DNA of 64,000 nt from an uncultured Gammaproteobacteria bacterium (GCA_965230895.1 OZ246394.1:980668-1044667), one strand, 5' to 3'; positions 9,523 through 21,022 are shown, counted from the stretch's first letter. The notes: generated by a model from the letters alone, not told the origin. Numbers and translations are program-made.

Positions 9523-11193
9523 ATGAGAAGCGGATTTTTATCCAAAAGCCTCGATCTTCTAACTCGCCGACAAACAAATATTCTTTCGGCCGCGTTCGTG
9601 ATCATGGTAACAGTTATTATTTCCCAGCTATTGGGATTAGTAAGGCAGCGCCTTTTAGTAGGTATTTTTGGAGCATCGAATGAACTTGGAATCTATCTTT
9701 ATGCCACGCAATTACCAGATACGCTGTTCCAATTAACTATTGCAGCTGCATTATCCTCAGCCTTCATCCCTGTCTTTTCTGATTATCTTGCCAAAGGCCG
9801 AGAGCAAGAAGCTCATAAAATGGCTTCGACATTACTTTCTTTAGGATTCGCAATATTCACCGTACTATCAATACTTATGGCAATATTTGCCCGAGATATT
9901 CTACAGATATTTAATCTTGGATCAAATTTTTCCCCACATGATATGGACCTTATGGCAAATATGATGCGTATCATTATCTTTGGACAACTTCTTTTTATTG
10001 TCGGAACATTCTTCACAGCACTTTTGCAATCATATAATCATTTCTTTATCCCTGGAATTGCAGCTGCGCTTTACAACCTTGGCATTATCATTGGCGTTAT
10101 ATCATTCTCAAGCAGCTTGGGTATTTACTCAACAACGGTCGGTGTTCTTTTGGGAGGATTTATTTTCATACTTGTTCAAATACCACTCGCACGAAAAATT
10201 GGTTTCAGATTTAAACCGTCTATCGCTTATATCAAATCGGATGGTGTTAAAAAAATTGGGAAGCTTATGTGGCCACGGACGATTTCTGTGGTTCTTTTCC
10301 AGTTAGGGACTGTCGCAATCGGGTCATTTATCTCTTTCCTTTCCGATCCAGGGCGTATGAATGTTATTTTTGATTTTGCAAAGACATTGGCATTTGCTCC
10401 TGTTGCGCTTTTCGGACAGACGATTGCGCAGGCTGCTTTCCCTGTCCTTTCGAGAGAGAAAGATAAACCAGCAGAATTTAAAGAGACGTTTATTAATAGT
10501 TTTAATCAAATGCTTTATTTGGTTTTGCCTGTTTCTGTTTTAATTTTGGTATTGAGAATTCCTGTTGTTCGGTTGGTTTTTGGAGCAAGTAAATTTGACT
10601 GGCCAGCGACAGTTTTGACGGGACAAACGCTTGCATTCTTCAGTATCTCAATTTTTGCACAAGCTTTAATTACATTGGTTCTACGAGCTTTTTATGCACT
10701 ACATGATACAAAGATTCCACTTATTGTCGGTGCAATTTCAACAGTAGTATTAATTGCTGCATCTTATTCATTTATCGTTGTTTTCGGATGGGGCGTCGAG
10801 AGTTTGGGAATCGCATTTTCTATCGCAAGTATTTTACAGCTTATTATTTTGTTCCTTATTCTTGAGAAAAAAGTTGGTGGATTTAATAAACTACCACTTC
10901 TTAGTTCTTGGGCGAAATTCTTTATCTCATCTTTCCTCACCGCTTTCGCTCTGTATATCCCAATTAAACTTTTGGACCAATTAGTATTTGATACCACAAG
11001 AACTATCAATTTGATTATCTTAACTGGTATTTCAAGTCTTCTTGGTCTTGCTCTATACCTCTTCCTCACATGGTTCTTTGATGTGAAAGAAGCAAAAGCA
11101 TATGTCCTTATGGCAAAGAAGATTGGAAATTGGAAAGATATCCTCAAGAAGTCCCAAGAATTATTGGGAATGGGCACCGGGAAAATGAATTAA
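9523..11193 (+). CDS. murJ: lipid II flippase MurJ (MviN)
   Basis: SQLLGLVRQ, LPD..F, SAFIPVF, RAFYALHDTKIP, many TM helices. Confidence 0.93.
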   Translation: MRSGFLSKSLDLLTRRQTNILSAAFVIMVTVIISQLLGLVRQRLLVGIFGASNELGIYLYATQLPDTLFQLTIAAALSSAFIPVFSDYLAKGREQEAHKMASTLLSLGFAIFTVLSILMAIFARDILQIFNLGSNFSPHDMDLMANMMRIIIFGQLLFIVGTFFTALLQSYNHFFIPGIAAALYNLGIIIGVISFSSSLGIYSTTVGVLLGGFIFILVQIPLARKIGFRFKPSIAYIKSDGVKKIGKLMWPRTISVVLFQLGTVAIGSFISFLSDPGRMNVIFDFAKTLAFAPVALFGQTIAQAAFPVLSREKDKPAEFKETFINSFNQMLYLVLPVSVLILVLRIPVVRLVFGASKFDWPATVLTGQTLAFFSISIFAQALITLVLRAFYALHDTKIPLIVGAISTVVLIAASYSFIVVFGWGVESLGIAFSIASILQLIILFLILEKKVGGFNKLPLLSSWAKFFISSFLTAFALYIPIKLLDQLVFDTTRTINLIILTGISSLLGLALYLFLTWFFDVKEAKAYVLMAKKIGNWKDILKKSQELLGMGTGKMN

Positions 11194-11567
11194 GCCGCTT
11201 TCCGTCGACCCTTTGCATTTTGAATTGCCTCTCTCAGATTAACAATTACAGCTTCAGTTGACAATCCACCTTCCAATCGAAGTCGCACGTGATTTCGTTC
11301 ATGTCCATTATCTACGGTCGCATATCCCCAGTGAGGCATATGCTCAACAGTAACTTTTGATTTTCCTATTTGATATTTATTGGGTATATCTGGACCGACG
11401 TGACTATGAGCGAGGACATTGGTCGGTCTTCCCATCTCCATAAGTGTTCCGACAACTGCCAATCCAATTTCCCAATGATCGATTCGTACATCAGATGGTT
11501 TTTTTGCCGAAGCAGCAATCTTTTCATGCGTAAGTCCTCGTACTTTTCTTTCAGTCATAAAAGGCAT
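11190..11567 (-). CDS. hypothetical protein
   Basis: Open frame convergent with murJ, sharing the TTAA stop; start at 11567 or 11558 because the longer start runs through the groEL terminator. Confidence 0.6.
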   Translation of the reverse strand: MPFMTERKVRGLTHEKIAASAKKPSDVRIDHWEIGLAVVGTLMEMGRPTNVLAHSHVGPDIPNKYQIGKSKVTVEHMPHWGYATVDNGHERNHVRLRLEGGLSTEAVIVNLREAIQNAKGRRKAA

Positions 11568-11618
11568 TATACATGAATAAAGATTGATTACATGACATAA
11601 ACCAAACATTTTTACCAA

Positions 11619-11642
11619 TAAAAAACCCGCCATCCAGCGGGT
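11619..11642 (-). terminator. intrinsic terminator of groES-groEL
   Basis: ACCCGC-N6-GCGGGT stem followed by a T-run on the minus strand. Confidence 0.8.
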
Positions 11643-11677
11643 CATTTTTCAACTCTCAATTCGCAACTTTCAATTCT

Positions 11678-13351
<1,674 letters not shown>

Positions 13352-13651
13352 TTATTCTACGATTGCGAGTATATCAGTTTGTCGAACGAGTTTCCACTCT
13401 TCATTATCAACTTTAACTTCATCTCCACCCCATTTTTTGAACATAATCTTTTGGCCAACTTTAACAATCATAGGAATTAAATTCCCTCGATCATCATAAA
13501 CGCCAGTTCCAACGGCTACGATTTCCCCGATTTGTGGTTTTTCCTTTGATGTTTCTGGAAGATACAATCCACCGGCTGTTTTTGTCTCTGCCTTAACAGG
13601 CTTTACAAGGACGTTATCGAAAAGTGGTTTAATATTTGTTTTAGTTGCCAT
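13352..13651 (-). CDS. groS: co-chaperonin GroES
   Basis: IKPLFDNVLV, TAGGLYLP, VAVGTG, DILAIVE; directly upstream of groEL. Confidence 0.98.
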   Translation of the reverse strand: MATKTNIKPLFDNVLVKPVKAETKTAGGLYLPETSKEKPQIGEIVAVGTGVYDDRGNLIPMIVKVGQKIMFKKWGGDEVKVDNEEWKLVRQTDILAIVE

Positions 13652-13672
13652 ACCAATATTATTTTTGACGAG

Positions 13673-13699
13673 TTATCACTCGTTCAAACAATATGCTAA
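13673..13699 (-). promoter_or_regulatory. degenerate CIRCE (HrcA operator)
   Basis: TTAGCAtat-N9-GAGTGaTAA versus consensus TTAGCACTC-N9-GAGTGCTAA, directly downstream of the groES -10. Confidence 0.6.
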
Positions 13700-13728
13700 T
13701 TTATACAATACAACGCCATTGATGTCAA
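13700..13728 (-). promoter_or_regulatory. sigma70 promoter of groES-groEL
   Basis: TTGACA-17-TATAAA on the minus strand. Confidence 0.75.
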
Positions 13729-13848
13729 TAACCTATAGCCATAATACCTGGCTAGTGGATATTTTTATACTATTATATGCAATATAAAGATACTTGATCG
13801 TTTGAAGGAATGCGTAATGAAAAGCTGAGCTTGTGAAAATAATTCTTC

Positions 13849-13877
13849 TTGACACAACCATTTTTCTTCTATACGAT
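13849..13877 (+). promoter_or_regulatory. sigma70 promoter of the cohesin/PKD surface protein gene
   Basis: TTGACA-17-TACGAT. Confidence 0.6.
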
Positions 13878-13917
13878 AAAATTACCGTTTACTTTATGAA
13901 CGGATACTGTAGTACAT

Positions 13918-15129
13918 ATGAACTCAAAAGGTAAAAAAATTCTTCTCGGTGGATTTCTCGTAGTCCTTCTCGTAGGTATTCCACTTACCGTTTATCTTCT
14001 TCAACAGCAGCAGGAAGTTCGAAGTAGAGCAGAAAAGTCTACAATTGTTACCTTCACGCCTGACTCCACACAGGCTGCTCCTATTCAAAAAGCAGTTGGA
14101 GATAGTATCCCGCTTGATATTAATGTTGATCCAGGAAAGAATCTTGTTTCATTCGTAAAGCTTGAAATTAGTTATGATCCTGAAGTCCTCGCAACGTCAT
14201 CAGCAAATGCCTTCCAGGCAAACACAACTGCATTCCCATCAGTTCTTGAAGGACCAGTCTACACACCGGGTAAGATCGCGGTTACTCTTTCTGTAGGGCC
14301 AGATCCGACGAAAGCTATTCAACAAAAAGTGAAAGCAGCGACTTTGACGTTTACAGCTTTAAAGAATACTCCGCCAGGTACACCAACGCTTGTTACATAT
14401 AGTTCCAATACACAAGTTCTTTCTATTGGATCAAATGATCAAGCAAGTGAGAATGTACTTTCAACTGCAACACCAGCTACTATTGAGATTGGTGGAGCAG
14501 CGCCATCTCCTAGCGATCAGCCTATTCCAACTGGCACAGTTGCGCCAACAGTCCCAGTGACAGATGCACCAACGCAAGCACCATTACCTACAGATGTACC
14601 ATTACCTACAGACATTTTGTCTCCAACTCCAACAGGTCCAGTTACAAGTGGTCCACCAAACACAGCACCTGTTTGTAGTACCTTAGTTGCTGATCGTGAA
14701 TTGACTGGCGCTGCACCATTCTCAATCACCTTGACTGCAAACGGAAGTGATACAGACGGCACAATCGGCAAGGTAACATTTAATTTTGGTGACGGACAAC
14801 AAAGTGATGTCACAACATCAGGTGGAATCGGAACCGCTTCTGTAAACGTACAAGCATCACATACATACAACAATCCTGGAACATATCAAGCAACTGCAAT
14901 TTTGACAGATAGTTCTGCTGGAGTAAGTCTGCCAAGTGATACTTGTAAGCAAACTATTACTGTAACTGAAGCAAGTAACAGTGCAAGTCCTGCACCAAAC
15001 ACTGGCGGTGGTAATGTAGTTCTCACTCCAACTATGCCTCCAACAGGAGCAACAGAGACAGCAATCGGCGTTGGCGTCGCAGTCCTTATGCTCATCGTTG
15101 GTGGAGGATTACTCTTCTTCGTCCTCTAA
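13918..15129 (+). CDS. surface protein: N-terminal TM, cohesin-like domain, Pro/Thr linker, PKD domain, C-terminal MPPTG + TM sorting-like signal
   Basis: LEISYDPEVL..ATLTF (cohesin-like), FNFGDG..SHTYNNPGTY (PKD), MPPTG followed by a hydrophobic tail. Confidence 0.75.
   Translation: MNSKGKKILLGGFLVVLLVGIPLTVYLLQQQQEVRSRAEKSTIVTFTPDSTQAAPIQKAVGDSIPLDINVDPGKNLVSFVKLEISYDPEVLATSSANAFQANTTAFPSVLEGPVYTPGKIAVTLSVGPDPTKAIQQKVKAATLTFTALKNTPPGTPTLVTYSSNTQVLSIGSNDQASENVLSTATPATIEIGGAAPSPSDQPIPTGTVAPTVPVTDAPTQAPLPTDVPLPTDILSPTPTGPVTSGPPNTAPVCSTLVADRELTGAAPFSITLTANGSDTDGTIGKVTFNFGDGQQSDVTTSGGIGTASVNVQASHTYNNPGTYQATAILTDSSAGVSLPSDTCKQTITVTEASNSASPAPNTGGGNVVLTPTMPPTGATETAIGVGVAVLMLIVGGGLLFFVL
14580..14612 (+). 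repeat. 18-bp tandem repeat in the Pro/Thr linker (PLPTDV/PLPTDI)
   Basis: ACCATTACCTACAGA occurs twice at an 18-nt period. Confidence 0.7.
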
Positions 15130-15152
15130 CAGTCTGCTATACTTCGGTAAGC

Positions 15153-15320
15153 ATGTACTCAGAACACTATCATCGAATTCAGAAGTTACACCGTTTACTA
15201 AAAGAGGCAGGAAGTCCTATTGATGAAGCACGCGTCCGGAGAGTTGCAAGTGAATATAAGAAACCTATTGTCATTGTAGAAGCTACCACAAAAACGAAAG
15301 GAGGAGAATCCGTTTTATAA
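15153..15320 (+). CDS. small hypothetical protein, 55 aa (not in the ORF track)
   Basis: MYSEHYHRIQKLHRLLKEAGSPIDEARVRRVASEYKKPIVIVEATTKTKGGESVL*; TGcTATACT 9 nt upstream; TAATG overlap with the next gene. Confidence 0.6.
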   Translation: MYSEHYHRIQKLHRLLKEAGSPIDEARVRRVASEYKKPIVIVEATTKTKGGESVL

Positions 15321-15874
15321 TGAAAAATGCGATAATACTACACGGCACAGATGCAACTTCCAAAGATAATTGGTTTCCTTGGGTGAAAGAAGAATTAGAA
15401 TTTGAAGGATGGAGCGTTTGGGTCCCCAATTTACCCAAAGCAAATAAACCCAATATCAAACGCTATAATAAATATTTGGGTGAGCAAAAAGAATTTGAGC
15501 TTAATGAAGAAACCGTTTTAATAGGGCATTCGTCAGGAGCTGTAGCAATACTTGGTCTTCTCCAATCTTTACCAAAGGATGTTATTGTAAAACGGATAGT
15601 TCTCGTCGGTGCTTTCCGAAATGATTTGGGATGGGATTCGTTGAAAGAACTTTTTGAAGAACCTTTTGATTTCGAAAAGATTAAAGAGCAAGTAAAAGAA
15701 GTGACATTAATTCATTCCGATAATGATCCATATATACGATTAGAACAAGCAGAATATTTGGCCGAAAAATTGAACGGTGAATTAATTATCTTGAAAGGCC
15801 AAAAGCATTTCAGTGAAAGCATGGATCCGAAATATAATACATTCCCTTTTCTTGTAGAGTTGTTAAGAGATTAA
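15320..15874 (+). CDS. RBBP9/YdeN-family alpha/beta hydrolase
   Basis: IILHG..NWFPW, GHSSG nucleophile, HSDNDPY, C-terminal GQKHF. Confidence 0.9.
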   Translation: MKNAIILHGTDATSKDNWFPWVKEELEFEGWSVWVPNLPKANKPNIKRYNKYLGEQKEFELNEETVLIGHSSGAVAILGLLQSLPKDVIVKRIVLVGAFRNDLGWDSLKELFEEPFDFEKIKEQVKEVTLIHSDNDPYIRLEQAEYLAEKLNGELIILKGQKHFSESMDPKYNTFPFLVELLRD

Positions 15875-16386
15875 TTCAGTGCGTAGACATTTCGCACAAT
15901 GCCAGGAATATTGAGTGCTTGTTTTCGAACTGGATTAACATTGAACTGTGTCATGTTATCTCCCTTTTTCACTTCTCTTCCTACTAATTCAACACTATCG
16001 AGAAATTTAAATTCTTCTTTCATTTGTGCTGGTTTATACGGATCAGACTTGTCTTTGTAAACTTTTCTTATATGCATAAGATAGTGACCTTTTTCTCCAG
16101 CACCTTTCATTGTTTCATCTTCTAAATCTATATCTTCAGGTGTTCTTCCGATTGTGACTTGTCTTGTGATGGTTTCATCTTTATCGCTTGATTCAAACAT
16201 GACAACACCATTCCCTTGGATCACTTCCACAGGTTTACATCCAATATCATATGTTGTGAGGGAATTAAACTCTCCAAAGGCGGAGGCAACAGGTTTCATT
16301 TCATCAGGGAGATCACTCCTTCGACCATCACCAATTTTTGGTTCAGGTAAAGTATCAACTCCTCCAAATTCACCTAACTCAGACAT
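15871..16386 (-). CDS. hypothetical protein
   Basis: 171-aa ORF filling the gap below lepA and sharing the TTAA stop with the hydrolase. Confidence 0.65.
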   Translation of the reverse strand: MSELGEFGGVDTLPEPKIGDGRRSDLPDEMKPVASAFGEFNSLTTYDIGCKPVEVIQGNGVVMFESSDKDETITRQVTIGRTPEDIDLEDETMKGAGEKGHYLMHIRKVYKDKSDPYKPAQMKEEFKFLDSVELVGREVKKGDNMTQFNVNPVRKQALNIPGIVRNVYALN

Positions 16387-16426
16387 AATTTATATATATC
16401 ACAATCTAGCTCAAGGATACAAGAAT

Positions 16427-18160
16427 CTATTTATTATCCGAAATCATGGAGAATAATGCCGACTGTGGGAGAGAGACTTTCCCTTGCTGAATCATACGCT
16501 TCTTTCCTTTTTTCTGCGCTTCAAGAAGTTTATCTTTTCGAGTTCTGTCTCCTCCACTCATCTTTGCCAAAACGTCTTTTCTAAACGGTGGGATTTCTTC
16601 ACGAGCAACAATATTGTTATTTACAGTTGCCTGGATGATTTGACGGAATTGTTGACGATCAAGTGAATCTTTCAATTTTTCAGCTTTTTGACGTGCCACA
16701 TAAATTGCTTCATCTTTATAAACAAGTTCTGAAAGGACATCGATTGGATTCGTATTAATAAGAATATCTAACTTCACCAGGTCCGCTTGTTTGTAATCTG
16801 TAAGTTCATAATCCAATGATCCAAAACCAGCAGTCACTGATTTAATTTCACCATCAAGCCCGCGGATGAACATACTGTATGGCATCTCATATGAAAGAAC
16901 TGCATACGCTTCATGATATTGCATATCCAAAAGGAACCCTTTTTTCTTTTGGCAAACCGTCATAATACTCCCTACGTATTCCGCTGGCGCGTAAATGTTA
17001 AGAAGCATATATGGTTCGTAGATATCGCCATTCTCGCGAGTCTCGTAAAGTACTTGAGGCATTGTGAGTAGGAGGTCCAAATCATATTCTTGCTTCAATC
17101 GCTCTTTCACAATATCAGCATGCAAAAGTCCGAGAAACCCTACACGGAATCCACTTCCTAAATATGCAGAGTATTCATCGGTGTATGTAAGTGCTGTATC
17201 ATTTAATTCCAATTTTCCGAGCGCTTCACGAAGTCTCACAAAATCATCTGAAGATGTTGGATACATACCAAAAAACACCATCGGTTTTGGAGTAACATAC
17301 CCAGCTAAAGGTTCAACATTTGATCCTTCATCAATGACAGTATCTCCTACACGTGCCTGACGAATATCTTTGATTCCACAGGCAATATAACCAATCTCAC
17401 CTGTTTCTAATGCTTCAGCTTCTTTAAGAAATGGCGTAAAGGTTCCTGCTTCCACGACAGTATTTTTCAGTTTGTTTTGATAAAACTGGACAGAATCACC
17501 TTTCGATATTTTACCGTCAATGATACGTACGTATGCTATAACTCCCCGATATTCATCATAAACAGAATCAAAAATAAGCGCTCGCAATGGTGCATCAACT
17601 TTCCCTTGTGGAGCAGGTATTTTATCAACAATTAATTCAAGCAATTTATCGACGTTCTCACCTGTTTTTGCTGAGATAAAAAGTATTTCTTCTTTTTTAA
17701 ATCCAAATGCTTCAAGCTCTTTCACTACAGATTCTGTCATAGCATTTGGCAGATCAATTTTGTTAAGAACAGGAATCATGACAAGCCCTTCTTTTTTCGC
17801 AACTTGATAATGCGCAACAGTTTGCGCTTGGATTCCCTGCGTCGCATCAACAAGCAATACAGCACCTTCGCATGCTGCCAATGTACGAGAAACTTCATAT
17901 GAGAAATCTACATGGCCAGGGGTATCAATCAAATTCAATTGATAGGTTTCATCACCACGTTTATAATTCATTCGCACAGGTGCAAGTTTGATCGTAATAC
18001 CTCTTTTTCGAGAAATAACGTTTTGATCAAGGAACTGTTCTTGCAACTTATCTTTGGCAATTGTATGCGTATATTCCAAGAGCCGATCAGATAATGTAGA
18101 TTTCCCATGATCAATATGCGCGATAATCGCAAAATTACGTATATGATTTAATGTTTGCAT
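16427..18160 (-). CDS. lepA: elongation factor 4 (LepA)
   Basis: IRNFAIIAHIDHGKSTL, DTPGHVDF, GFLGLLH, RKDVLAK..GGD. Confidence 0.97.
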   Translation of the reverse strand: MQTLNHIRNFAIIAHIDHGKSTLSDRLLEYTHTIAKDKLQEQFLDQNVISRKRGITIKLAPVRMNYKRGDETYQLNLIDTPGHVDFSYEVSRTLAACEGAVLLVDATQGIQAQTVAHYQVAKKEGLVMIPVLNKIDLPNAMTESVVKELEAFGFKKEEILFISAKTGENVDKLLELIVDKIPAPQGKVDAPLRALIFDSVYDEYRGVIAYVRIIDGKISKGDSVQFYQNKLKNTVVEAGTFTPFLKEAEALETGEIGYIACGIKDIRQARVGDTVIDEGSNVEPLAGYVTPKPMVFFGMYPTSSDDFVRLREALGKLELNDTALTYTDEYSAYLGSGFRVGFLGLLHADIVKERLKQEYDLDLLLTMPQVLYETRENGDIYEPYMLLNIYAPAEYVGSIMTVCQKKKGFLLDMQYHEAYAVLSYEMPYSMFIRGLDGEIKSVTAGFGSLDYELTDYKQADLVKLDILINTNPIDVLSELVYKDEAIYVARQKAEKLKDSLDRQQFRQIIQATVNNNIVAREEIPPFRKDVLAKMSGGDRTRKDKLLEAQKKGKKRMIQQGKVSLPQSALFSMISDNK

Positions 18161-18210
18161 GCTGCTATTTTAGCAGAGAACAGGCTCGAAAGCCATTTTT
18201 AAACAATCTT

Positions 18211-18272
18211 GCCTAAGCTTGTCGAAGGCAAATAAATGTATGATCCACTTCGACTCACTTTGTTCGCTCAGC
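18211..18272. repeat. degenerate REP-like element pair
   Basis: GCCTAAGCTTGTCGAAGGC followed by CTTCGACTC..CGCTCAG, resembling CCTGAGCTTGTCGAAGG / CTTCGACAAGCTCAG repeats. Confidence 0.45.
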
Positions 18273-18301
18273 GAAAACATATGTGTTACAATAGGAAAAC
18301 A

Positions 18302-18976
18302 ATGAAAAAATTCCACTATATTCTTCTTGTACTCATTGTCGGTGTCTTCATCGCGATCATCTATGCCAACCAGCAACAAAATGGCAAGACAACAAATGCC
18401 ACTCAAACTCCAACTATCCCTCCTGATGGTCAGACAATGAATTTTAATATGAATCAGGGAAATGGCCAAGGGCAGCAGCAACCACAACAACAAGGCCAAG
18501 TTCAAGGGCAACAGACAGGCGCTCAGCCGACATTTGGCGTTGAAGAAGGTATGAAAGCAACATATTCAGCAGTGATTAAGACAACCAAAGGCGATATTGA
18601 AGCAACCTTATATGGAAAAGAAGCTCCAAATACTGTAAAGAATTTTGTCGATAAAAGCAAAAGCGGATTTTATAAGAATCTGACGTTCCATCGAGTTGAA
18701 GATTGGGTGGTACAAGGCGGTGATCCAAAAGGAGATGGCACAGGAGGCGGCCTCATGAGGACAGAATTAAATACAAAACCATTTGTCGCCGGATCTCTGG
18801 GAATTGCACGTGGAGCAGATATCAGGGTTTCGAATGACTCACAATTCTTTATCACAAAATCAGAAGCATCACATCTTGATCAACAATATACGAACTTTGG
18901 GATGGTTACAAGCGGTATGGATGTGGTAAACAAGATGCAAATTGGAGATAAAATTCTCAGTATCACCGTGGAGTAG
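18302..18976 (+). CDS. membrane-anchored cyclophilin-type peptidyl-prolyl isomerase
   Basis: N-terminal TM, Gln-rich linker, APNTVKNF, FHRV..VVQGGDP, SQFFI, HLD..YTNFG. Confidence 0.92.
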   Translation: MKKFHYILLVLIVGVFIAIIYANQQQNGKTTNATQTPTIPPDGQTMNFNMNQGNGQGQQQPQQQGQVQGQQTGAQPTFGVEEGMKATYSAVIKTTKGDIEATLYGKEAPNTVKNFVDKSKSGFYKNLTFHRVEDWVVQGGDPKGDGTGGGLMRTELNTKPFVAGSLGIARGADIRVSNDSQFFITKSEASHLDQQYTNFGMVTSGMDVVNKMQIGDKILSITVE

Positions 18977-19529
18977 CAGGATTCCATCGCATTCTACTAT
19001 GTATTCCAACACCTCTAAATATTCCTTGATTGCTCGGAAGCCATAATTGTTTTTCATAGCTATATGATTGAGACATACCACCACTAACTGGAACTCTTTG
19101 TAAGGGATGAATGCTATGTACTGATGGCGGAAAGATTTGCGTTTCAGTATCCATAAATCGAACATGTAGAGGTTCTTGCTTGGGAAAACGATTAAAATAG
19201 TAGATGTGATCTGCATCATCTAATCGGAATCTATATGGTTCAATTGCAGTAGTCCCACCAATTGTTTCCGTACCAGCGTTTGTTGACCCAGGCTCTTTTA
19301 AAATAATAACTGGAGTCTCTTTATCCGTCTTCGTTTTATGGCCATATTGTTCAAACTTTGCTCGAAGATCTATTTGCGCTGCAAAGTCATAGGTAAATGC
19401 ATCAACCGGAACACCAGGTAAAATATCATGCAGGACATAACGGAACTTACCAAGTGAATCAACTCGTGCTATTTCCTCACGCAGATCTTCACTATCGTAC
19501 GGGATATGGAATTCTTCTCGCTCAACCAT
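18963..19529 (-). CDS. hypothetical protein
   Basis: 188-aa ORF starting MVERE; TGtTATCAT 9 nt upstream. Confidence 0.6.
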   Translation of the reverse strand: MVEREEFHIPYDSEDLREEIARVDSLGKFRYVLHDILPGVPVDAFTYDFAAQIDLRAKFEQYGHKTKTDKETPVIILKEPGSTNAGTETIGGTTAIEPYRFRLDDADHIYYFNRFPKQEPLHVRFMDTETQIFPPSVHSIHPLQRVPVSGGMSQSYSYEKQLWLPSNQGIFRGVGIHSRMRWNPATPR

Positions 19530-19565
19530 TGTGCCACTATGATAACACATGAAGTCAACGATAAA

Positions 19566-20027
19566 TCATTTGCCGATAAAAGCTTTGAAGTCTAAAAGAG
19601 GAGGTTTTGGTCCATACTGGTTTTCTGATTGTTCCCCTTGCTTGAAAATAAGCCAAAAGGAATAAAAGATATTAACAAAAGGAATAAGTAACAGTACTAC
19701 CGAAGATCCATCATGTCCAACATCATGAAATCGCTTTACCGAAAGGGAGATATTCATGAAAATCGTAGGTATTGCAATGAGATTTAGCCAAGGCGAACCA
19801 AGAAAGCTCCTGCTATCGCCATTTACAGCATCACTCACCATAGCCAAGAGAAAACCAATAAAGAAATAGAGAATAAACGTCATAACCCCCACAAAAAGAT
19901 ATCCTAAAAAGAACGTTAATCTGCTAATCCGCCCATAAAATAAGCCTTGGAAATAATTACTCGGACGAACATTTGGCGTTTTAATAGAAGCCTCTATTTG
20001 TCCTTGTTTCTCTGCATTTGCATCCAT
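19566..20027 (-). CDS. DUF805 membrane protein
   Basis: GRISR..F, SVKRFHDVG, G..NQYGP. Confidence 0.88.
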   Translation of the reverse strand: MDANAEKQGQIEASIKTPNVRPSNYFQGLFYGRISRLTFFLGYLFVGVMTFILYFFIGFLLAMVSDAVNGDSRSFLGSPWLNLIAIPTIFMNISLSVKRFHDVGHDGSSVVLLLIPFVNIFYSFWLIFKQGEQSENQYGPKPPLLDFKAFIGK

Positions 20028-20075
20028 TAAAAATAATCATATAAGAGAACACTGAGTTAAGTCAATTTGAAGCAT

Positions 20076-20099
20076 AAAAAAACCGCTCTGAAAGCGGTT
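20076..20099 (-). terminator. intrinsic terminator after rpsG
   Basis: AACCGCT-N5-AGCGGTT stem followed by a T-run on the minus strand. Confidence 0.8.
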
Positions 20100-20120
20100 C
20101 ATGTTGGAGACAAACTGTGT

Positions 20121-20594
20121 TTACCAGCGGAATGAACTGAATGCTTTGTTTGCTTCTGCTTGCTTGAGTGCGAGTTCTCGCTTTCGAACTGCCTCTCCTT
20201 CGTTTGCAAGAGCTGCTAAGAGTTCTGCAGCTAATTTCTCAGCAAATGTGTGATATTCTTTGTTTGGTCGCTTTCGAGCTGCTTCAATTATCCATCGGAG
20301 TGCAAGCGACATACGTCTTTCTGCACGGACTTCTGTAGGGACTTGGTAATTCGCTCCACCAATACGACGAGCTTTTACTTCAATCTTTGGACCAACGTTT
20401 TGCATAGCCTTTTCAAAAGCCTTCAATGGCTCTTCACCCTTTTCTTCAAGGATCTTAAATGCCTTGTACACTTGTGCTTGCGCGATAGTCTTTTTACCAT
20501 CAATCATGATGTAATTGATAAGCTTCGCAACTACAAATGAATTGTAGATTGTGTCTGGGGCAATTACTCTTTTTGTTACTTTAGCGTGTCTCAT
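20121..20594 (-). CDS. rpsG: 30S ribosomal protein S7
   Basis: DGKK..A, RRIGGANYQVP, AEANKAF. Confidence 0.98.
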   Translation of the reverse strand: MRHAKVTKRVIAPDTIYNSFVVAKLINYIMIDGKKTIAQAQVYKAFKILEEKGEEPLKAFEKAMQNVGPKIEVKARRIGGANYQVPTEVRAERRMSLALRWIIEAARKRPNKEYHTFAEKLAAELLAALANEGEAVRKRELALKQAEANKAFSSFRW

Positions 20595-20602
20595 ATACTA
20601 TT

Positions 20603-21022
20603 TTATGCTGCAGCTTTCTGCATCTTTGTACCATAGATACTTCGTGATGTCTTTCGTTTTTCTACACCAAGAAGATCGAATTTCCCTCGAACTGCATGGT
20701 ATTTAACACCTGGCAAATCTCGGACGCGACCGCCTCGGACAAGAACGATACCGTGCTCAGAAAGCGTATGTCCTTCACCTTGGATGTACGCTGTAACTTC
20801 CATTTTATTGGAAAGCTTTACACGGGCTACTTTTCGAAGCGCTGAGTTAGGCTTCTTTGGTGTCATTGTTTTAACCAAAGTTACAACACCACGCTTTTGT
20901 GGAGCATCTGCAGCCACATACGCGCGATCCTTTGAATTAAAAAGCCTTTTCAAAGCAGTTGCTTTGGTTTTTCCGACTCTTTTTACTCTTCCTCTTTTAG
21001 TTAACTGTGCAAGTGTTGGCAT
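20603..21022 (-). CDS. rpsL: 30S ribosomal protein S12
   Basis: MPTLAQL start, [21 protein letters not shown]. Confidence 0.98.
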   Translation of the reverse strand: MPTLAQLTKRGRVKRVGKTKATALKRLFNSKDRAYVAADAPQKRGVVTLVKTMTPKKPNSALRKVARVKLSNKMEVTAYIQGEGHTLSEHGIVLVRGGRVRDLPGVKYHAVRGKFDLLGVEKRKTSRSIYGTKMQKAAA

